DNA of 64,000 nucleotides from Nitrospirota bacterium (GTDB lineage Bacteria > Nitrospirota > Nitrospiria > Nitrospirales > Nitrospiraceae): positions 96,001 to 160,000 of the forward strand of contig CAVPBK010000001.1 of assembly GCA_963701855.1 (NCBI GenBank), given 5' to 3'. The position numbers were made by a program, and so were the translations under genes. The notes beneath the pieces were generated by a model. The model saw only the letters and a list, made by a program, of their open reading frames with translations. It had not been told where the DNA came from and did no database searches. Of the stretch, positions 1 to 9,808 are shown one piece after another; within the stretch, counting starts at the first letter, position 1, and the number at the start of each line of letters is the position of its first letter.

Positions 1-140
1 TGCAAGAAGCCGCCACGCTGCGATCGGATTTGATTCTGATGGGCACAAGGGGCCGGCAGGGAATCACCCGCCTCGTGCTCGGCAGCGTGTCTCATGCCGT
101 ATTACACAAGACGCCCTGCCCAGTCCTCGTGTTTCACTGA
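1..140 (+). CDS. Universal stress protein, 3' end (partial)
   Basis: Frame from nt 3 reads QEAATLRSDLILMGTRGRQGITRLVLGSVSHAVLHKTPCPVLVFH*, the USP C-terminal motif. Confidence 0.9.
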   Translation, partial: QEAATLRSDLILMGTRGRQGITRLVLGSVSHAVLHKTPCPVLVFH

Positions 141-175
141 GGAAACAGCGGGAAAGGCGAGAAACGCCGGACGGG

Positions 176-1135
176 CTAGAAGTGCGGGTTCCAGGTTTTC
201 GGACCTTCGACCCCTGACCTTTGCATTGTGCCTTTTCGCACCTCACGCACTACGGTCTGTGGTGCTAGCCGCTTGTTCAGCATCCGCGGCCAGAGGCCCT
301 TCCGCCATTGCCTCGAAATCCGGCTGGGGGAGGTACTCCTGAGCCCGTGATCAAGGGCACACAACTGCTGTCTCAGCGGAATCAGTCGTTCGACCTGCCT
401 AACGATGCTCTGGATGGCAGCTTGTGCTTTTTCGTCCCCTGTCCCCTTCAAGAGAAACTCGGCCTGTCCGAGGATCACATTGAGCGGGGTTCCCATCTCT
501 TGTACCAACCCTGATGTCTTCGCAAGCCATGCCGTAAGGAGACTCACAACCGTTCGCTGCTCGGCCTGGCGCTGCCTCTCCTCGACCGCCTGCTTGCTCA
601 GCGCAAGGTTCAACGCTCTCTTCATCTCGCTCATATCCCGCCCGGCTGCCTCCAGCAAATTATCACGCTGTGTGAGAGATTCGCTCATCGCCAGTTCAAG
701 GTCGTGGAAAATCACTTTCAGCAAAGCATTCCACACCGTGTGGTACAGGTGAGGCCTGTTCCCAAAGGCTTCGAACACCAGCGGCTGAATGGAGATCAGA
801 AAGTGGACGAAGGTACCGAGGTGCCAGCCTACACCGAGCCCGAAAGGATCACGATAGTCTGCCGCCTGCGCACCATTTCTTCTGGCAATCTCCCCGTTAT
901 TCCCGTTCGGCAGGGAAAACAGATACTCCTGCTGCGATCGCTTCAAGCGCGCGACTTCAAGGACGTCCGACAGCAACGAGGCCCGGTCGTGGCCGTTCCC
1001 GAGGTGAGGGGCCAAGGTTTCAAGAATACGGTCGCGGTGGCGGGTGAAGAGTGGTTCCAGCAGACGGAGCGAGGTTTCCTCTTCCTGCGTAAGCAGCGTC
1101 CCGTTCTCATGTCGGCCATTATGCTCTTCCATCAT
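176..1135 (-). CDS. Globin-coupled-sensor-like protein with degenerate HisKA helix, no HATPase domain
   Basis: N-terminal region resembles protoglobin/sensor globin (LEPLFTRHRDRILE, LKRSQQEYL, ALLKVIFHDLEL); H-box-like GLVQEMGTPLNVILGQAE has Q where the His should be. Confidence 0.65.
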   Translation of the reverse strand: MMEEHNGRHENGTLLTQEEETSLRLLEPLFTRHRDRILETLAPHLGNGHDRASLLSDVLEVARLKRSQQEYLFSLPNGNNGEIARRNGAQAADYRDPFGLGVGWHLGTFVHFLISIQPLVFEAFGNRPHLYHTVWNALLKVIFHDLELAMSESLTQRDNLLEAAGRDMSEMKRALNLALSKQAVEERQRQAEQRTVVSLLTAWLAKTSGLVQEMGTPLNVILGQAEFLLKGTGDEKAQAAIQSIVRQVERLIPLRQQLCALDHGLRSTSPSRISRQWRKGLWPRMLNKRLAPQTVVREVRKGTMQRSGVEGPKTWNPHF

Positions 1136-1175
1136 GATCTCATCATTTCTTCTCCATCGTTCAACCCCTCAGCTC

Positions 1176-1682
1176 CTACTTCAACAAATCATCTGCCCTC
1201 CCACGATGGTGGAACGCATACCGCCGGCACCTATGATGGCACTGATCTCCACGTCTGTACCTCGGTTCATCGACAGATGCATTCTCCTCTCTCACCCCCA
1301 ACCCGATATAGCGATTGCCTGCGAGTACGTGCAGAAGGGCTTGAGGCAGTTCTGACGCAAGGGTCGATCTCTTGAGGAGGAAACCGCGGGCTCCCGCATT
1401 GAACGCCAAGGTCATGTAGGCCGGTTCCTGATACGTCGTCACAATGATCACCCTGCTCTGCGGAGCACAGTTTTGCAGGGCACGAGTAGCGTCAAGACCA
1501 TTCAGCTTTGGCATCGAGATACCGGAGAATATAACGTCCGGCTCCAGCCTTTGTGCCGCTTTCACGAGCGCCTGACCGTCCGTCACTGTCCCCACCACGT
1601 CACCATGTTCCTCCAAGAGGTCCCGTAAGGCGGTTAACACCATTGGATGGTCGTCGGCAATAAGGATCCGCGGCTTCTTCAT
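1176..1682 (-). CDS. Stand-alone NarL-type receiver protein, phospho-Asp replaced by Gly
   Basis: MKKPRILIADDHP...DVIFSGISMP...FLLKRS; paralog of 2236..2886 but without the HTH. Confidence 0.85.
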   Translation of the reverse strand: MKKPRILIADDHPMVLTALRDLLEEHGDVVGTVTDGQALVKAAQRLEPDVIFSGISMPKLNGLDATRALQNCAPQSRVIIVTTYQEPAYMTLAFNAGARGFLLKRSTLASELPQALLHVLAGNRYIGLGVREENASVDEPRYRRGDQCHHRCRRYAFHHRGRADDLLK

Positions 1683-1745
1683 ATCTTCTTCCCCTTTCGG
1701 CCGTGAATGGCACCGCATGGTAGGCTTCTTGGAGAGTGGGTGAAC

Positions 1746-1783
1746 CTAGGAAAAACCCTGGCGTTGAGGCGCAATCTTACTAG
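1746..1783 (-). promoter_or_regulatory. Composite operator copy 1, followed by GTTCAC-17-TACCAT promoter-like element
   Basis: Minus strand CTAGTAAgattgcgcctcaacgCCAGGgtttttCCTAG; same spacing as three other copies. Confidence 0.7.
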
Positions 1784-1795
1784 AGGCCGGCAGGG

Positions 1796-1902
1796 GTGTG
1801 AGACGTAAGACGTGAAACGTAAAACGTGAAACGCCGCTCGTTTCCGGACCAGAACGTTTCACGTCTCACGTTTAACGCTCTGCGACGCTTTACGATCGAC
1901 GT
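1796..1902. repeat. 7-bp-periodic inverted repeat (ACGTRAR units, then their complement)
   Basis: gagacgtaagacgtgaaacgtaaaacgtgaaacg ... cgtttcacgtctcacgtttaacg. Confidence 0.8.
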
Positions 1903-2017
1903 CAGCGGTTGCAGTGGAAGTCGTCAGGAAGAATGCCGGTTTGCAGGCTGTGAAAAACTATTATGGTACGCCTGGCAGTCAATGGCCCCTGCGCCTGGAG
2001 CAATGAGGATTGGACAA

Positions 2018-2232
2018 GCAGGATGCTCAAAAAGGCCGGACATCTCACCCGCCCAACCCCGGCGCGCCAAGACGCGCCTTTACCCAAACAAGGCCGCAGC
2101 GATCTATCCCTTAACTAAGGGGTGGCTGGGATGATCCCAACTGCGCGCGTCCAACGAGGGCCTTCGGAGGCCGCGCGTTGCGCGAGCAAAGGGATCGTCC
2201 CAGCTACCCCGCTCCCTTTTTCAGCATCCTGC
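2018..2232 (+). mobile_element. MITE-like element, family A, GC-rich structured cargo
   Basis: TIRs GCAGGATGCTCAAAAAG / CTTTTTTCAGCATCCTGC; core ACTGCGCGCGTCCAACGAG...GCGCGTTGCGCGAGCA shared with many copies. Confidence 0.75.
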
Positions 2233-2235
2233 CCA

Positions 2236-2886
2236 CTAAAGGCCGGTGATGCCATGGGTGATCGCATACTTCGTCAAGTCGGCAGTGGTGTGAAGATCCA
2301 GCTGCTGCATGATGCGGGACTTATGGAACTCCACCGTTTTCACGGACACGTTAAGGATCGTGGCGACCTCTTTCGTGCCGCGGCCCTCCGCGACGAGCTG
2401 CAAGACTTCCCGCTGCCGCGCAGTGAGCACTGCGGACGAAACCTTCTTGCCTCGCTCCCCGGTGGGGGGCTTGAGAACCGAGTCCAGCACATCTTTCGTG
2501 AGCAGGGGCGTGAGATAGTGTTGGCCTTGGAGGACGGACTTGATTGCCAGACTGAGTTCTGAAGCCGCGGAGCGCTTGAGGAGATACCCGGAGGCCCCGG
2601 CCTGGAAGGCTTCGGCCGCATAGGTGGGACTGGCATGCATGGTAAGAAAGATCAGCTTGCTTCCCGGCACCAGGCTGCAGAGTTGCCTGGCCGCTTCGAG
2701 ACCGTTCAACAGCGGCATCGAGATGTCCAGGAGAATCAGATCCGGGCGCAGCTTCTGCGCCGCCTCAACCAGCGCCCGCCCGTCCTCCACCGTACCCACC
2801 ACGTCGCACTCAACTTCCACCAGCTTCCGCAAGCCGGCAAGAATCAGCAAGTGGTCATCTGCCATGAGCACGCGCGGTTTCTTCAT
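2236..2886 (-). CDS. NarL/LuxR-family response regulator
   Basis: Receiver (ADDH, LLDISMP, K) plus LuxR HTH (LTARQREVLQLVAEG...TVEFHKSRIMQQL). Confidence 0.95.
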   Translation of the reverse strand: MKKPRVLMADDHLLILAGLRKLVEVECDVVGTVEDGRALVEAAQKLRPDLILLDISMPLLNGLEAARQLCSLVPGSKLIFLTMHASPTYAAEAFQAGASGYLLKRSAASELSLAIKSVLQGQHYLTPLLTKDVLDSVLKPPTGERGKKVSSAVLTARQREVLQLVAEGRGTKEVATILNVSVKTVEFHKSRIMQQLDLHTTADLTKYAITHGITGL

Positions 2887-5315
2887 GCGCCCTTTTGAAA
2901 ACGGGGAATCCAGGCACAGACCTTCGTGCCGACCCTTGGCAAGGAATGGATCCGGAGAAACCCGCCCAGCCCACGCGCACGCTCCGCCATGCTTACCAGG
3001 CCGAGTCCTCTCGTGCGATTGTTCTTGCTCTCATGATCGAACCCCTTGCCGTTATCGCGCACCGACAAGCCGATCCCCTTTGACGAGCCGCTCAACCTCA
3101 CCATAACCTCGGTCGCCTGGGCATGCTTGGACACATTCTGCAGACTCTCCTGCATCACGCGAAACAGATTAGTGGCCACCTCCAGCGAGAGAATCTCAGG
3201 CACCTCACGAGCGGTAAACGTCACGGGCAGCCCGGTCCGCTTCGTGAACTCGGCGACGTGGTCTCCTACAGCGGCCGCCAAGCCAACGTGCTCGAGCAAG
3301 GACGGGTGCAGCCTGTACGCCAGATCGTGCAGGTCGTCGGAAAGCTGCCCGATCTGAGCTCGGACATCAGCGAGTTGTCGAGCCAGCGGCCCGGGTGGGA
3401 TGAGGGAGGTTCTTTCCATGGTCTCCAGTTCAACCGATAGAGCCGCCAATCGTTGATTGAAGTCGTCGTGCAATTCTCGCGCGATCCGCTTGCGCTCCTC
3501 TTCTTGGGCCTCGATCAACTTCTCTGCCAGGGATTCCAACTCTTTCTGCTTTTCGCTGAGCAGGAGCACGTGCTTCTCCAAAGCCAGCCCCATCCGGACC
3601 CTGCTTGAGATATCCGTATGAGTCATGACAACGCCCTTCGCATCTTTCAACGGAGCCACGCGCATCAGAAACCAACGCTCTTCTTCCGAAAAATGGGAGA
3701 CATATTCCATACTAAAACTTTTTTGACTGCCCCCCAATACGACTTCAATGCCGCTGAGAATCGCCTGTGCTGTCGAGTCTCCGGCGTCGATCGCTCGCCG
3801 GCAGACATCCAGATAATTCTGTCCGACATCGACACTGGAACCCACGCGACCAGAATTGCAATAGCTGAACTCTTTCCAGGCGTCGTTCGTCTTTATGATG
3901 ATCCCGCCCTTATCCAGCACGCAGACATGCGCAGTAAGTGAGTCCAGGATCGCGCGGGTGAAAGCGTCGCTGGCCTGCAGCGCTTCCTCCGCAACCTTCC
4001 GCCAGGTGATGTCAGTAGTAATACCGCACAGGGCATAGGGTTTTCCGTCTCCGCCGTACAACAGAAATTTGGAGACAATACTCGTGTGAGGACCATCGTC
4101 GTGCATGGCGACTTCTTCAAATTCGAGCGGAACTCCAGCCTGCAGTACCTCGAGATCGTTGGCACGAAACGCGGCGGCCATCTCGGGACAGAAAATGGCC
4201 TCATCCGTTTTGCCCACGACTTGCTCGTGAGTCATATGGGACACTCTTTCAAACTGGCGATTGACATGGAGATAGCGGCCCTCGGTATCCTTCAGAAACA
4301 CCATCCCCGGGCTGTTATCAAGAATGGCCTGGAGTCGCGCTTCGCTTTCGAGGAGCTCCTTTTCCACCCGCTTACGCTCGGTGACATCGCGCAGAATGAC
4401 AGTCAATAGCTTCTTGCCGCTGACCAGGACATGAGAGATGGAGGCATCGACGGGAAATTCCTCTCCATTGGCTCGCAGGCCGGACAGCCCGCCGGGTTGT
4501 CCCATCGAACGGGAAGTCGATTGTCTCAGTGCGAAGAGGCTCATATGATCATGGTGCGCCTGTCTGAACCGTTCAGGAATGAACCGGTCGAATGGTTGTC
4601 CTATCGCGTCGGCGCGTTGGCAGAGAAACATAGATTCTGCAGCTCGGTTGAAGACCACCACGCGCTCCCTCTCATCCACGGTGATGATGGCATCCATCGC
4701 CGATGAGATGATCGCGTCAAGCTGCGCCCGCTGAGCACCCACCACCGCCTCAGCCAGCCTGCGAGCGCTCACATCCAGAAACGCTGCCCGCCACTGGATG
4801 ATGTGCCCGGTCTCATCGTGAAGAGCAATACTCTCGAAATAAACGCAACAGGCGCCGGCGGTTCCGCCCAGGAGATGCACCTCACATTCTTGTCGCGTGC
4901 CTGTCTTCATGACATCCTGACAATGCCGATGAAAGATATCCTGATCATCCGATGCTATGAAGCGCGCGAGTGGTTGCCCGATCAGCTTCTTCCGGTCGAT
5001 GCCAAGTATTGCCCCGGCTCTCAGATTGGCCTCCACAACCTTGCCGTGGATATTCAGCGTGAGATGGCCGGCCGGGGAAAAATCGTAGAGCTCTACATAA
5101 CGGTCACGGCCCGCTTCTAGCTCCAGCTGGGTCCGACGCAATTCGTCGTTCTGCATCTCCAGCTCGATCTGATGAACTTGTAGTTCGTGCACCAGCTGTT
5201 GCACATCCTTGACCGGCATGGCCGCGACGTCATGGTTCGTGGCGCGCAGCAGTTTCTCCGCCTTTCGGCGAAGCCCGGTGGGTTTCATTGTCCCGCCTGG
5301 TTTCTTAGCCATCAC
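2883..5315 (-). CDS. Multi-PAS sensor histidine kinase, HisKA_3 (NarX/UhpB-type)
   Basis: Several PAS/PAC domains; EERKRIARELHDD, ESLQNVSKHA, DNGKGF, GLGLVSM. Confidence 0.95.
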   Translation of the reverse strand: MMAKKPGGTMKPTGLRRKAEKLLRATNHDVAAMPVKDVQQLVHELQVHQIELEMQNDELRRTQLELEAGRDRYVELYDFSPAGHLTLNIHGKVVEANLRAGAILGIDRKKLIGQPLARFIASDDQDIFHRHCQDVMKTGTRQECEVHLLGGTAGACCVYFESIALHDETGHIIQWRAAFLDVSARRLAEAVVGAQRAQLDAIISSAMDAIITVDERERVVVFNRAAESMFLCQRADAIGQPFDRFIPERFRQAHHDHMSLFALRQSTSRSMGQPGGLSGLRANGEEFPVDASISHVLVSGKKLLTVILRDVTERKRVEKELLESEARLQAILDNSPGMVFLKDTEGRYLHVNRQFERVSHMTHEQVVGKTDEAIFCPEMAAAFRANDLEVLQAGVPLEFEEVAMHDDGPHTSIVSKFLLYGGDGKPYALCGITTDITWRKVAEEALQASDAFTRAILDSLTAHVCVLDKGGIIIKTNDAWKEFSYCNSGRVGSSVDVGQNYLDVCRRAIDAGDSTAQAILSGIEVVLGGSQKSFSMEYVSHFSEEERWFLMRVAPLKDAKGVVMTHTDISSRVRMGLALEKHVLLLSEKQKELESLAEKLIEAQEEERKRIARELHDDFNQRLAALSVELETMERTSLIPPGPLARQLADVRAQIGQLSDDLHDLAYRLHPSLLEHVGLAAAVGDHVAEFTKRTGLPVTFTAREVPEILSLEVATNLFRVMQESLQNVSKHAQATEVMVRLSGSSKGIGLSVRDNGKGFDHESKNNRTRGLGLVSMAERARGLGGFLRIHSLPRVGTKVCAWIPRFQKGA

Positions 5316-5330
5316 CTGTTCCTCTCAACG

Positions 5331-5405
5331 CAGGCTGAGGTCAAGGTCAAGGTTGAGCAAAAATCACACTCTTTCATTCTCAACCTTAGCCTCAGCCTCG
5401 ACCTT
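5331..5405. repeat. 6-bp-periodic inverted repeat overlapping the cheBR 3' end
   Basis: caggctgaggtcaaggtcaaggttgag ... ctcaaccttagcctcagcctcgacctt. Confidence 0.8.
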
Positions 5406-8400
5406 CTCTTCCTGCCCCTTCACCTCTTCCATGGCCAACAGAATTCGGCCTGGTAGTGCCAGGTCCTGTTCGAGTCGGCGACCGTTGAGCGCCAATACCC
5501 TGCGTCCGATGTGAGGAAACGTCTGGTCCACAACGAAGTCCCGGAAGGAGCGATTCTTCGGCAGAATCTCCTCCAGCAGATGGCGTAAGCCTGGCAGGTT
5601 CCAGGCCCCGGCACAGAGGTGGTAGAGGAGCTGCTGCTCGACTTCTCGTGGCGTCACCTGAAAGGTCCGGTAGAAGGACTGGTTGGCCGAGACCACGCGG
5701 ACCTGGTCGTCCAGCATGAGCAGGGGTTCGCGAATCGTCTCGACGATGCTGACGGCCACGCCGCCCGCAGCCCGGACAACCTGCTCCGCGTTCCTCAACT
5801 TGGTGATGTCCTGAAACGTCAGCACGAGCCCGTCGATGGTGTTCTTGCCGGTCCGATAGGGCAGGATCCGCATGAAGAACCAGCTCCCGTCGGAGGCCTG
5901 AACTTCCCGCTCCTTGACGACGAGCGTCTGGAGCACGTCTTGCGCATCCTCCGACAGCCGGTCATAGGTCAGCTTCGAGACGATGTCCGACAGGGGGCGC
6001 CCGACATCGACGGCGATCAGGCAACTCACCCGCTTCGCCTCCAACGTGAACCGCTTGATGTGCAGCTCGTTGTCCAGAAAGATGGTGGCGATCTCTGTAC
6101 TGTTCAAGAGATTCTGTAGATCGTCGTTCGCGTCCGCGAGCGCATCGAGCTTGCCCTGGAGTTCAGAGTTGACGGTCAGCAGTTCTTCATTGAGGGATTG
6201 CATCTCTTCCTTCGTCGTCTCCAATTCCTCATTGGTGCTTTGCAGCTCTTCGTTGGTGGACTGCAACTCCTCGTTGGTGGACTTCAGTTCCTCATTGGAG
6301 GTTTGCTGTTCCTCGATCGTTTGTTGCAACCGCTGTTTCGTGAACTCCAGTTCCCGCAGAAGCCTGGACTCCCCTTTCTTCATCGGTGCGGCCTCTCGCG
6401 CCGGTGTTCCCTTCCGTGCAGCGGAGTTGTCCGCCTGCATCGTTTCAAACGTCACCATGAACAACCCCTGGAGGGCCTCCGGATCGACAATTCTCTTGAC
6501 GGTCAGGTTGACCAGGATGACGCTGCCGTTAGCCCTTACTCGTAGGCCGCGGCGCACGACTTCCTCCTCCTTGCTTGCCGCCTGATGGAGCGCGGTCGCC
6601 AGATCATGTTGCAATCCTTCCCGCGCCATCTCCACCAGACTGTGTGTCGGCGGGCCGGGCGCCGGTTCAAGATAGGCACCGGTGTGGCCATGGGTGTAGA
6701 CGACCTCGCCCCGACCATTCACGAGGACCGCCACCGGCGCGTAGCGCGAGACCAACAGCTGCTGGATGAGATCGGAAATCTTGGCGAGGCGCGCGGTGGG
6801 AAGGGGCACCCCGTCCTCCGCGTGAGTCCCGGTTGTCGCCCTCATCAATCCGCCCGGAAACCGCTCCAGGTGAGGAAACGTGCCTGTCTCTGCCGTCCGC
6901 CTGAACAGCTTCCATTTCCGGTCGATGACGGTAAAGAGTTGTTCGAACTCCCCGACCGTTTCGGACGTACCGAGAAATAGGATGCCATTCGGCTTCAAGG
7001 CGTAGTGGAACAGCGGTAGGATTTTGTGTTGCGCCTGAGCGTCCAGATAGATCAGGAGATTGCGGCAGGACAAGAGATCCAGCTTCGTAAAGGGGGCATC
7101 GGTCAGGATGTTATGCGTGGCAAACACGACCAGATCACGAATCTCCTTCTTGACCCGATAACTGCTGTCTTCCTTGGTAAAGAACCGCTGCAGGCGCGCC
7201 GGGGTGAGGTCCTCGGCGATGCCGACCGGGTAGAGGCCGGTGCGTGCCGCTTCAATGGCCCGGCTATCCAGGTCCGAGGCGAAAATCTGCACGGTGAAGC
7301 GGAGCTTCTTCTTCGTAAGGTATTCACGGATGAGGATTGCGAGCGAATAGGCCTCCTCTCCGGTCGAGCAACCGGCAACCCACAGGCGCAGGGTCGCGTC
7401 CTCGGACTTGCCCTCCACGAGCGCGGGTAACACTATCTGTTCGAGGACCTCGAAGGCCTGCGGGTCGCGAAAGAAGCTGGTGACCCCGATGAGCAGTTCC
7501 TGAAACAGGGCATCGAGTTCGTGCGGATTCGCCAGCACAAACCGGAGATACTGTCTCAGGTTCTCGATCTGGTGCACGTTCATGCGGCGTTCGATGCGCC
7601 GCTGAATCGTATTCTCTTTGTAGAGGGAAAAATCGTTCCCGGTCCGATCGCGCAAGAGGATAAAGATCTTGCGCAGCGTCTGGGAGGCGTCGCGCTCAGG
7701 GAGAAGTTGCGCCGGTTTCGTCAGACTGCGCGCATAGGCGTACAACGGTTCCGCCATCCGGCTCGCCGGCTGGACTACATCGACCACCCCAGCGGTTATG
7801 GCACTACGCGGCATGCTCTGATACTTGGCCGATTGCGGATCCTGCGCGATCGTCATGCCGGACTCGGCCTTGATCGCTCTCAACCCCACGGTACCGTCGC
7901 TGCCGGTCCCGGACAGGATGATCCCGACGGCTCGTTGCTTCTGATCCTCCGCCAACGAACGGAAGAAGTAATCGATGGGCAGCGGCACGCGATCCTGCGA
8001 GGGGGGCTCCATGAGGTGCAGGGTGCCGTGCAAGATCGCCAGATTGGTGCCGCCCGACGCTATATAGACGCCATTGGCCTCCACCTCCATCCCGTCCTTG
8101 GCCTCCACCACCGGCATCACGGTGCATTTACTGAGTAGGCTCGGCAGGAGACTGACATGGCCCGCGTGCTGGTGCGAGACCACCACGAAGGCCATCCCGC
8201 TGATGGGAGGCATGTGGCGGAAGAACTCTTCCATGGCTTCCAACCCGCCGGCGGAAGCGCCGATTCCGACGATCAGAAAACCGGGCAATGTGACGGGTAG
8301 AGCCAGGGATGGAACAGGTGTTGTCGGAGAAACCGTTGCTTTCACAGGTTGCCGCTTAGCGCTCTTGGGCTTGACGAGGGTCTTGGCAGCAGCTGTTCTT

Positions 8401-8537
8401 TTGGAAGTCTTTCGTGCCGCGGCCACAGAATCTTCTCCTCGGCATGACAAAATCCGCGGCATCGGGAAGTCGCGGTTCGCGCGCCCGCAGATGAGATGAA
8501 CGGATGATTGGGAGCCAGAGTCTAGGCCTTTTTTCAA
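5364..8537 (-). CDS. CheB/CheR fusion protein with coiled coil and PAS domains (true start probably a little downstream)
   Basis: GIGASAGG and ILSGTGSDG (CheB); GVTSFFRD, WVAGCSTGEEAYS, LSCRNLLIY (CheR); NEELQST repeats. Confidence 0.95.
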   Translation of the reverse strand: MKKGLDSGSQSSVHLICGRANRDFPMPRILSCRGEDSVAAARKTSKRTAAAKTLVKPKSAKRQPVKATVSPTTPVPSLALPVTLPGFLIVGIGASAGGLEAMEEFFRHMPPISGMAFVVVSHQHAGHVSLLPSLLSKCTVMPVVEAKDGMEVEANGVYIASGGTNLAILHGTLHLMEPPSQDRVPLPIDYFFRSLAEDQKQRAVGIILSGTGSDGTVGLRAIKAESGMTIAQDPQSAKYQSMPRSAITAGVVDVVQPASRMAEPLYAYARSLTKPAQLLPERDASQTLRKIFILLRDRTGNDFSLYKENTIQRRIERRMNVHQIENLRQYLRFVLANPHELDALFQELLIGVTSFFRDPQAFEVLEQIVLPALVEGKSEDATLRLWVAGCSTGEEAYSLAILIREYLTKKKLRFTVQIFASDLDSRAIEAARTGLYPVGIAEDLTPARLQRFFTKEDSSYRVKKEIRDLVVFATHNILTDAPFTKLDLLSCRNLLIYLDAQAQHKILPLFHYALKPNGILFLGTSETVGEFEQLFTVIDRKWKLFRRTAETGTFPHLERFPGGLMRATTGTHAEDGVPLPTARLAKISDLIQQLLVSRYAPVAVLVNGRGEVVYTHGHTGAYLEPAPGPPTHSLVEMAREGLQHDLATALHQAASKEEEVVRRGLRVRANGSVILVNLTVKRIVDPEALQGLFMVTFETMQADNSAARKGTPAREAAPMKKGESRLLRELEFTKQRLQQTIEEQQTSNEELKSTNEELQSTNEELQSTNEELETTKEEMQSLNEELLTVNSELQGKLDALADANDDLQNLLNSTEIATIFLDNELHIKRFTLEAKRVSCLIAVDVGRPLSDIVSKLTYDRLSEDAQDVLQTLVVKEREVQASDGSWFFMRILPYRTGKNTIDGLVLTFQDITKLRNAEQVVRAAGGVAVSIVETIREPLLMLDDQVRVVSANQSFYRTFQVTPREVEQQLLYHLCAGAWNLPGLRHLLEEILPKNRSFRDFVVDQTFPHIGRRVLALNGRRLEQDLALPGRILLAMEEVKGQEEKVEAEAKVENERV

Positions 8538-8562
8538 TATCAGGCAAGCAAGGCGATCGCCG

Positions 8563-8600
8563 CTAGTAATGTCTCCCTCCAGGACTAGGGGTCCTCCTAG
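8563..8600 (+). promoter_or_regulatory. Composite operator copy 2
   Basis: CTAGTAAtgtctccctccaggaCTAGGggtcctCCTAG between divergent cheBR and the 8720 gene. Confidence 0.7.
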
Positions 8601-8719
8601 TTTCCATGAACTGGTCCTGCCCTATACGTTACGCACTATCCATTTTGATCCATAGCCATTGCGCGTGACAGGTGGACATGACTCATCACCCATTTTCTTC
8701 TTGTCAGGGGGAGGACGAT

Positions 8720-8959
8720 ATGGCACAGGCCTATTTGATAGAATCTTCCATCCACCAACAACTCGATCGGGCCGGCACCTGTTCGCTGGATGAACTCGCA
8801 GCCCTGCTGCCCGGTTATTCCTGGGCCCAAGTCTTTGCCGCCGTGGACCGGCTGACCCGGGAAGGCACCGTCGCCCTCAAACATCCGGCTCCGTTCCGCT
8901 ACCTTCTCTCGCTCGCACCTCGTCGATCCGCCGAGGGAGGCGACGTGACGCCGGTCTGA
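8720..8959 (+). CDS. Small putative winged-helix protein (paralog 1 of 3)
   Basis: GGAGG RBS; motif SWAQVFAAVDRLTREG shared with 41582 and 60993 ORFs. Confidence 0.75.
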   Translation: MAQAYLIESSIHQQLDRAGTCSLDELAALLPGYSWAQVFAAVDRLTREGTVALKHPAPFRYLLSLAPRRSAEGGDVTPV

Positions 8960-8974
8960 ATTCCATGCGAGCAC

Positions 8975-9550
8975 ATGACACCCAGCGTTCGAGCTGCTTG
9001 TGAGGCGTCCATGTCATTTGTTTCATCATCGTCATCCCTTCCCGCACCATCGAATCTTTCTTATGGGCCATGTCATCGTAACGAAGGAATCATCGCAGTG
9101 AATCAGGAACAGGAAGCGACCGATCCCGGCATCGTTGTGCTATCCCTTTCTTTGCAAGTCTTGCACATGAACCAGCGGGCGATGGTTTTGCTCAATCAGT
9201 TGGAACATACCGGACAGAGCGTCGGAGCGGAGCGGGTCTTCGCCGCTCCGCTGCGCCAGCATTGTCAGGCTATCATTGACACATTGCGGGCACGCATGGG
9301 ATCGAACAACTGGAAACAATTCCAGCAATCCCGCACGATCGGCGATTCAACCTACTCGATCTTCGCGAATGGCTTCGGTCTTCCTGACCGAAGAAGTCTG
9401 TCCTCTTCCAGAATCGTAATGCTGCTCACTCCGCACAACCAATTGCCGATGGCCGTGAATCAGCAGAATGGAATCCTCGGAGGAGATCTCCGAGGGCAGC
9501 CACGGGGGCGCAGAGTCACGGTATGCAATCGGCCTGTAACAGGATGCTGA
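8975..9550 (+). CDS. Hypothetical protein with PAS-like segment (start uncertain)
   Basis: GIVVLSLSLQVLHMNQRA resembles a PAS N-terminus. Confidence 0.55.
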   Translation: MTPSVRAACEASMSFVSSSSSLPAPSNLSYGPCHRNEGIIAVNQEQEATDPGIVVLSLSLQVLHMNQRAMVLLNQLEHTGQSVGAERVFAAPLRQHCQAIIDTLRARMGSNNWKQFQQSRTIGDSTYSIFANGFGLPDRRSLSSSRIVMLLTPHNQLPMAVNQQNGILGGDLRGQPRGRRVTVCNRPVTGC

Positions 9551-9669
9551 ACAGTCCGCCAGTGCCGCAGCCTCCCATGAAGGACCTACCCATTCCATCG
9601 AATGAGGCAAGAACGCCTTCTCGCTCTCCGGCAGATTCCTACGCAACCTCCCACCTGTAAAATTTGATG

Positions 9670-9707
9670 CTAGTAAATTGTTCGAGCGGAACTGGGGCGT
9701 TTCCTAG
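9670..9707 (+). promoter_or_regulatory. Composite operator copy 3, followed by TTCCGC-17-TATAAC
   Basis: CTAGTAAattgttcgagcggaaCTGGGgcgtttCCTAG. Confidence 0.7.
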
Positions 9708-9808
9708 TTCCGCAAACGGCTGCATGTTCTTATAACTATGCCTTCTAAGGATCGGCACATCGTTGCATCACTGTTCCTTGTCTGACGGACGAACGAAAGA
9801 AGTGGCAT

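Noticed and set aside
6180..6310. Tandem 21-bp DNA repeat
   Set aside because: Explained by the NEELQST heptads of the CheBR coiled coil
9753..9766. Sigma54 promoter CGGCACATCGTTGC
   Set aside because: GG-to-GC spacing is 9 rather than the required 10
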